From Cenarchaeum sp. (lineage in GTDB: Archaea > Thermoproteota > Nitrososphaeria > Nitrososphaerales > Nitrosopumilaceae): a stretch of DNA of 64,000 nucleotides. Under the pieces are notes generated by a model. That model ran no database searches. It worked only from the letters and a program-made list of their open reading frames with translations, and was not told the origin of the DNA. The position numbers and the translations under genes are program-made. Below, in pieces: positions 58,942-64,000 of this stretch (position 1 is its first letter; every line of letters begins with the position of its first letter). Where the stretch lies: positions 160,001 through 224,000 of the forward strand of contig OY843768.1 in assembly GCA_963693095.2 (NCBI GenBank), written 5' to 3'.

Positions 58942-59023
58942 CTGCGATCTAGATCGCACGCGACTCGATGATCCTGCGATCTAGATCGCACGCGACTCGA
59001 TGATCCTGCGATCTAGATCGCAG
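58942..59023. repeat. 2.6 tandem copies of a 32-bp unit containing the palindrome TGCGATCTAGATCGCA
   Basis: CTGCGATCTAGATCGCACGCGACTCGATGATC twice, then CTGCGATCTAGATCGCAG. Confidence 0.95.
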
Positions 59024-59239
59024 AATGTCGCCTCGCGCCGGATCCATGGCCGCACTGTGCGGCCCTCACGCCATAAACATTCCACGTTAGTGCTAAATAT
59101 GGCGCAAACCCTGAAAAATGTGGCGTGGAGCGCCCAAATTGTGCCAACGCTGATCGCCCAATGCCAAAAACTGCGATCACAAAAGCGCTCCGGGCACACT
59201 GCAAAAGTTTTATCTACAAGCCCTGTGCGCACGGTGCGC

Positions 59240-61324
59240 ATGGCCATGGAAGAGCAGAGCGAGCCGCAACGTCACGGCCTAGAGCGCTCGACATCACGGC
59301 GCGTTCGCATGATCTTCTCGGTCATGGCTAGCCCAAACCGCATAGACATCCTGCGAATACTCAACTCAAAGGGGCCACTCACCTACTCGGAGCTAAAGTC
59401 ACTGGCTGGATTCAAGTCAAAAAAGGAGAGCGGCAAGTTCGCCTACCACCTGCGCAAGCTCCTCAAGCAGGCCCTCGTGACGCTAAACAAGTCCGAAAAG
59501 CGCTACACCATAACCAACCTTGGCAAGCTCGTCCTGAGCCTTGCCCGCCAGATCGAGGAGCGCTCGATCATAGAGAGCGGCAAGATGTACGTGCGCACGT
59601 CGCACGAGTCCATAGAGGAGTTCAAGCCATACAGGATAACGCAGTCGCTGACCCGCGAGGGCGGCCTCCCGCCGGAGCTGGCACAAAAGATCACCGAGGA
59701 GGTCGAGAACCGCATCTACAAGTACCAGACGACATACCTGACTGGCTCGCTCATACGCGAGATGGTCAACTCTGTCCTCCTCGAGCACGGCAACGAAGAG
59801 TACCGCAACAAGCTCGCGCGACTTGGCCTGCCCGTCTATGACATAAACGAGATGCTCTCCAACGTGGTCAACGAGGACAATGGGGTCGAGGGACTGCTGT
59901 TCCGCACTGGCCAGGAGGTCTTCGCCGAGCACCTCCTCACGAACATGCTCTCAAAGGACGTTGCCGACTCGCACCTGTCTGGCGACCTGCACATAACAAA
60001 CCCCGGCGTCTGGTCAATGCTGCCTGACACGATATTTGTCAACATAAAGGACCTCCTCGAGGGGGGCATCGACCTTGGCGGCAAGCTTCCCGATGCGGCA
60101 CGCCCCGGCGCTCCAAAGTCCGCCGAGGACCTCGGAGCGCTCCTCTCAGTCGCGATATCGCTCCTCTCGCGCGAGGCCTCGCAAGAGCTTGTGATCGACG
60201 GCCTTGTGCCCATGATGACGAGGCACTCAAAGGAGGGTGTCGACCTTGAGAGGAGAATAGCTGACGCGCTAGTAACGTCATCTGTTGCGCCAAAGTACAA
60301 CTCGCATCCGACACTCGTGACGATTCGCGTTCCGCTGGGGCATGACACAAAGACCGTCTCGACGATCCTTGCCGCATACCTACACTATGCGCGCCTCACG
60401 CCGACGCCGCGCGTTGGGATACTGATCGACAACTCGCGTGGCAAGGTCTCTGACGTCTCAGATGCGGTCTCTGAGATTGTTGCGCTAGGCGGCCACGTTG
60501 CCTTTTCAAAGGGCCTGTCCTCGTGGGGCGGCATTGCAGTCGCGCCGCACGAGACCAACGGGTCGCTCTCCGTTCACCTCGCTTCTGTCTCGCTAAACCT
60601 CCCGCGCCTAGCCCTCGAGTCAAACAAGGACGAGGTGTACTTTCGTGCTAGGCTTGCGCTGCTGATGACGCCGGTTCTCGAGTCCATGGCCCACCGCAAA
60701 AAGGCCATCTCTGACCTGACTAGGCGCGGCCTCAACCCGATTCTGGCAAGAAACACGCAATATATGCAAAAAATCTCCTTTTCGCTCGACGTGAACATCA
60801 TAGGCCTGCGCGAGGCAGTCGCTGACATACTCCAGTGCGGCAACAGGACCGAGGCCGTCATGCAAAAGGTTCTCGAGACGACCCTTGATATCGCCTCCAA
60901 AAAGGGCAAGGAGACCGGAGACGACGTTCGCGTGAGCATGGTCGACAGCGACGCGAAGGGCCGCTTTGCGTCACTCGACGGCACAAAGTACGGCAAGAAC
61001 TCGCTGCTGAACATGCTCAACGCCGAGTCATACTCTGCAGGCGTCTCAGTCGAGGCGGCTGACCTGCCGGCCCTAAAGCCCAAGAGCGCCCCTGTCCTCG
61101 AGGCCGCCCGCATGTCCGCCGCGCTGGGGGGCAGCCTTCTCGTCTCGGTCAACCTGCCGGAGGGCTCTGAGCCATCTGCGATCAAGTCCGCCGTCGAGTC
61201 CGCCGCCGGCCTCTATGGCTCGTTCCGCCCGTCGATGAGGGTGCGCACGTGCGGCGAGTGCGGCCACAAGGGCGTCGCGGCGGGATCAAAGTGCCCCAAG
61301 TGCAAGTCTCCCTGCGTCGTCTAG
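59240..61324 (+). CDS. ArsR-type HTH / ATP-cone / NrdD-like barrel / Zn-ribbon fusion
   Basis: RIDIL..L...TYSELK..F.YHL.KL; VRTS..SIEEF...I..SL..E ATP cone; HLSGDLHI; SLNLPRLA; C-terminal CxxC-CxxC with no glycyl-radical motif. Confidence 0.8.
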   Translation: MAMEEQSEPQRHGLERSTSRRVRMIFSVMASPNRIDILRILNSKGPLTYSELKSLAGFKSKKESGKFAYHLRKLLKQALVTLNKSEKRYTITNLGKLVLSLARQIEERSIIESGKMYVRTSHESIEEFKPYRITQSLTREGGLPPELAQKITEEVENRIYKYQTTYLTGSLIREMVNSVLLEHGNEEYRNKLARLGLPVYDINEMLSNVVNEDNGVEGLLFRTGQEVFAEHLLTNMLSKDVADSHLSGDLHITNPGVWSMLPDTIFVNIKDLLEGGIDLGGKLPDAARPGAPKSAEDLGALLSVAISLLSREASQELVIDGLVPMMTRHSKEGVDLERRIADALVTSSVAPKYNSHPTLVTIRVPLGHDTKTVSTILAAYLHYARLTPTPRVGILIDNSRGKVSDVSDAVSEIVALGGHVAFSKGLSSWGGIAVAPHETNGSLSVHLASVSLNLPRLALESNKDEVYFRARLALLMTPVLESMAHRKKAISDLTRRGLNPILARNTQYMQKISFSLDVNIIGLREAVADILQCGNRTEAVMQKVLETTLDIASKKGKETGDDVRVSMVDSDAKGRFASLDGTKYGKNSLLNMLNAESYSAGVSVEAADLPALKPKSAPVLEAARMSAALGGSLLVSVNLPEGSEPSAIKSAVESAAGLYGSFRPSMRVRTCGECGHKGVAAGSKCPKCKSPCVV

Positions 61325-61528
61325 GGCTCATTGCCGAAACTGCGGGCGAACTGGTGCGCCTGGCGCACATAAAATTGCGCTATTCGGCGCCATTTTGCTC
61401 CTTATCGCACGAATTCGCCACTTTTATCCGAATACCGCAGGTCAATTTTCTCTCTAGTCCCGGTTGATCCCTGATCACAAGTTAATCTTATAACCACAGG
61501 GGTTTGACCCCCTGCCGGTCAGCTCATT

Positions 61529-64000
61529 TTGGACACAACCCAGACCCAAACCCCGATCGAGGCGATCAGAAAACGCAATGGGGAGACGGCCACATTTGAT
61601 CGCACAAAGATCACCAGCGCAATAGAAAAGGCGTTCACCGCAGTCGGCCGCAGCGATCCAGAGGAGGCCGAGCGCCTGACCGAGAAGGTCATCAAAAAGC
61701 TCTACGTGCAGGGCTTTTCGGTCTCAAAGCCGAGCGTGGAGGACATCCAGGACATGGTCGAGTCGACGCTCATCGAGAACGAGCACAGCACGGTGGCCAA
61801 GGCGTTCATACTGTACAGGCACGAGCGCCGCAAGGTTCGCGACGAAAAGATGCGCGTCCTCAACACGGCATCCCTGGATCCCGTGGCCTCGGACTTTGAT
61901 GTCAACTCGCTGAGGGTCCTTGCGTCACGATACCTGCTGCGCAACAACCGCAGCGAGATAACCGAGTCGCCCTCGCAGATGTTCAGGCGCGTCGCCGTGC
62001 TCGTGAGCATAGCCGATGTCCTGCATGACCCGAGAATCTTTGAGCGCGACGGCAGGCACACGCAGAGCGTGGACGAGGCAGAGTCGTACATATCAAAGCT
62101 TGACAGCTTTGACCAAAAATTCCGCATAGGCGAGGATTATCTCAACAAGTGGCACTTTAGGGCGCTCATCAAGCACTATATCGCGCTTGCGCGCACGGGA
62201 TCGATGAAGATAGGCTTCAAGGACCTCCTGACGATGCTCGCGAGCAAAAAGTTCGACTCGTGCGCATCAAAGATTGAAGAGTACTATGACCTCATGGTGT
62301 CACAGGACTTTTTGCCAAACTCGCCGACGATGATGAACGCCGGATGCAGGCTCGGCCAGCTCTCGGCGTGCTTTGTGCTTGACATGCCTGACAACATGGA
62401 GGGGATCATGAAGTCGACGGCTGATGCGGCACTCATATTCCAGTCCGGCGGCGGTGTCGGCATCAACTATTCGCGCCTTCGACAGGAGGGCGACATTGTC
62501 GCATCGACGTCCGGTGTGGCATCAGGCCCAGTATCTTTCATGAACATCATAAACACGGTGACCGAGGTGGTAAAGCAGGGCGGAAAGCGCAGGGGCGCCA
62601 ACATGGGCATAATGGAGTCGTGGCATCCGGACGTTGAAAAGTTCGTGACAAACAAGACAAAGCCCGGCGTCCTTGAGAACTTTAACGTGAGCGTCGGGAT
62701 TTGGGCCGACTTTTGGAAGGCGCTCGTGGGCGGCGGCGACTCAAAGTACGTCCTGCGCAGTCCCCGTGACAGGTCTCCTGTGGGGGAGATCAGCGCGCAG
62801 CACCTCATAGACTCGATCGCCCAGTCGGCATGGAAGAGCGCCGAGCCGGGCCTCATATTCTTTGATCAGATAAACAAGTACAACGTCTTTGCCAAGGCCC
62901 GCGGCGAGCCGCTAAAGGCGACAAACCCGTGCGGTGAGCAGAGCCTATACCCGTACGAGTCATGCAACCTCGGCTCGATAAACCTCGCCAACCTCGTCAA
63001 GCGCCGTGCTGATGGCGAGTATGACTTTGACTGGCAGCGCTACGAGGAGGCCATCCGCAAGACGACAAGATTCCTCGACCACATCATCGACGTCAACCTC
63101 TATCCGATCACCGAGATCGACAAGGCCTCAAAGGACTCGCGCCGCATCGGCCTCGGCGTCATGGGCGTCGCAGACCTCCTCTACAAGCTGCGCATACCAT
63201 ACAACTCAAAGGAGGGCTATGACATGCAGTCAAAGCTCGCCGAGGCACTGACATACTATTCGATGGAGGAGAGTGTCGCAATAGCAAAGTCGCTTGGCGC
63301 CTTCCCGCTGTGCTCAAAGACCGAATATGCCGAGGGCAAGATACCTGTCGCCGCATACTATGAAAAGCCAAAGGAGCTCCACACGTACGACTGGGATGCG
63401 CTCATTGAAAAGATAAAGGTTCATGGCATACGCAACGTGCTCACGACGACTGTCGCGCCAACAGGCACGCTCTCGATGATAGCGCAGTGCTCCAACGGCA
63501 TGGAGCCAATGTTTGCGCTCGTCTTTGAAAAGCGCGTCACAGTCGGCAAGTTCCTCTACGCAAACAAGGTTCTCGAGGGAGTCTTGCGCGAGAACGGCAT
63601 GTACTCTGATGAGACGCTCGCGGCCGTGGCGTCCAACTATGGCTCGATGCGCGGCCTTGACTCGGTTCCCGAGTGGATGCAGAACGTGTTTGTGACGGCA
63701 ATGGACATACACTGGTCTGACCACCTCCTCGCGCAGGCCGTTTGGCAGCAGTGGATAGGCAACGCGATTGCAAAGACGATAAACATGCCATACGACGTGA
63801 CCGTGGATGACGTAAAGGCCGCGTACCTCCTGGCGCACGAGCTCGGCCTAAAGGGCATCACGATATACCGTGACGGCTCGCGCCACACGCAGGTTCTACA
63901 CATGACTGACGAGGGCGCCGAGAAAAAGTTCGACGTGCGCCCAAGCGAGTTTGTCACCGAGTTCGTCTCTGCGAACATAAAGAACGCGTACGTGCGCGAG
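61529..64000 (+). CDS. nrdJ: Adenosylcobalamin-dependent (class II) ribonucleotide reductase, 3' partial
   Basis: ATP cone IRKRNG, PNSPTMMNAG, QLSACF, TNPCGEQ, SCNLGS, APTGT, KTINMP; frame runs off the window. Confidence 0.93.
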   Translation, partial: MDTTQTQTPIEAIRKRNGETATFDRTKITSAIEKAFTAVGRSDPEEAERLTEKVIKKLYVQGFSVSKPSVEDIQDMVESTLIENEHSTVAKAFILYRHERRKVRDEKMRVLNTASLDPVASDFDVNSLRVLASRYLLRNNRSEITESPSQMFRRVAVLVSIADVLHDPRIFERDGRHTQSVDEAESYISKLDSFDQKFRIGEDYLNKWHFRALIKHYIALARTGSMKIGFKDLLTMLASKKFDSCASKIEEYYDLMVSQDFLPNSPTMMNAGCRLGQLSACFVLDMPDNMEGIMKSTADAALIFQSGGGVGINYSRLRQEGDIVASTSGVASGPVSFMNIINTVTEVVKQGGKRRGANMGIMESWHPDVEKFVTNKTKPGVLENFNVSVGIWADFWKALVGGGDSKYVLRSPRDRSPVGEISAQHLIDSIAQSAWKSAEPGLIFFDQINKYNVFAKARGEPLKATNPCGEQSLYPYESCNLGSINLANLVKRRADGEYDFDWQRYEEAIRKTTRFLDHIIDVNLYPITEIDKASKDSRRIGLGVMGVADLLYKLRIPYNSKEGYDMQSKLAEALTYYSMEESVAIAKSLGAFPLCSKTEYAEGKIPVAAYYEKPKELHTYDWDALIEKIKVHGIRNVLTTTVAPTGTLSMIAQCSNGMEPMFALVFEKRVTVGKFLYANKVLEGVLRENGMYSDETLAAVASNYGSMRGLDSVPEWMQNVFVTAMDIHWSDHLLAQAVWQQWIGNAIAKTINMPYDVTVDDVKAAYLLAHELGLKGITIYRDGSRHTQVLHMTDEGAEKKFDVRPSEFVTEFVSANIKNAYVRE

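Noticed and set aside
58942-59023. Mini-CRISPR (palindromic repeat plus spacer)
   Set aside because: The two intervening segments are identical and only about 16 bp long; it is a tandem duplication
59000-59239. 80-aa N-terminal extension of the HTH-ATP-cone ORF
   Set aside because: Starts inside the tandem repeat and spans the promoter region (TTTTATCTA near 59208); the real start is probably 59240 or 59246
59240-61324. Calling this a functional anaerobic ribonucleotide reductase (nrdD)
   Set aside because: No glycyl-radical motif, extra HTH domain, no activase nearby
61529-64000. Intein in nrdJ
   Set aside because: Motifs QGGKRRGANM and TNPCGEQ are uninterrupted in the visible part

Overview
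High-GC backbone DNA from an ammonia-oxidising archaeon (Nitrososphaerota, Nitrosopumilaceae-like). The GC level, PEFG-CTERM proteins and many IS remnants fit a Cenarchaeum-like or host-associated lineage (inference). Core genes: amoA, amoX, likely amoY and amoZ, a separated amoB (no amoC in the window), nirK, two 3HP/4HB-cycle enzymes, thiolase/DUF35, 2-oxoacid:ferredoxin oxidoreductase, fumC, mdh, larB/larC/larE with a cysteine desulfurase, five ribosomal proteins, serS, an ABC importer, a split MetH, tRNA-Thr(GGT) and a class II ribonucleotide reductase. The reductase is preceded by an HTH/ATP-cone/apparently inactive NrdD-like fusion. Small accessory cassettes, mostly lower in GC, sit between core genes: a YwgA/Panacea-like gene with a SAMHD1-like dNTPase, HEPN-type genes, a duplicated Panacea-like gene with a membrane partner, a TGT-fold-like gene, and a two-gene unit flanked by ISH3 remnants. 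The most striking unexplained structure is a small element family with 16-bp terminal inverted repeats and an internal CCATTTG-NN-CAAATGG palindrome; inverted copies tightly bracket two toxin/defence-like cassettes. There is also a two-unit heptamer array inside the amo region and a GATC-dense palindromic tandem repeat. All calls come from reading the sequence and ORF track; no database searches were run.
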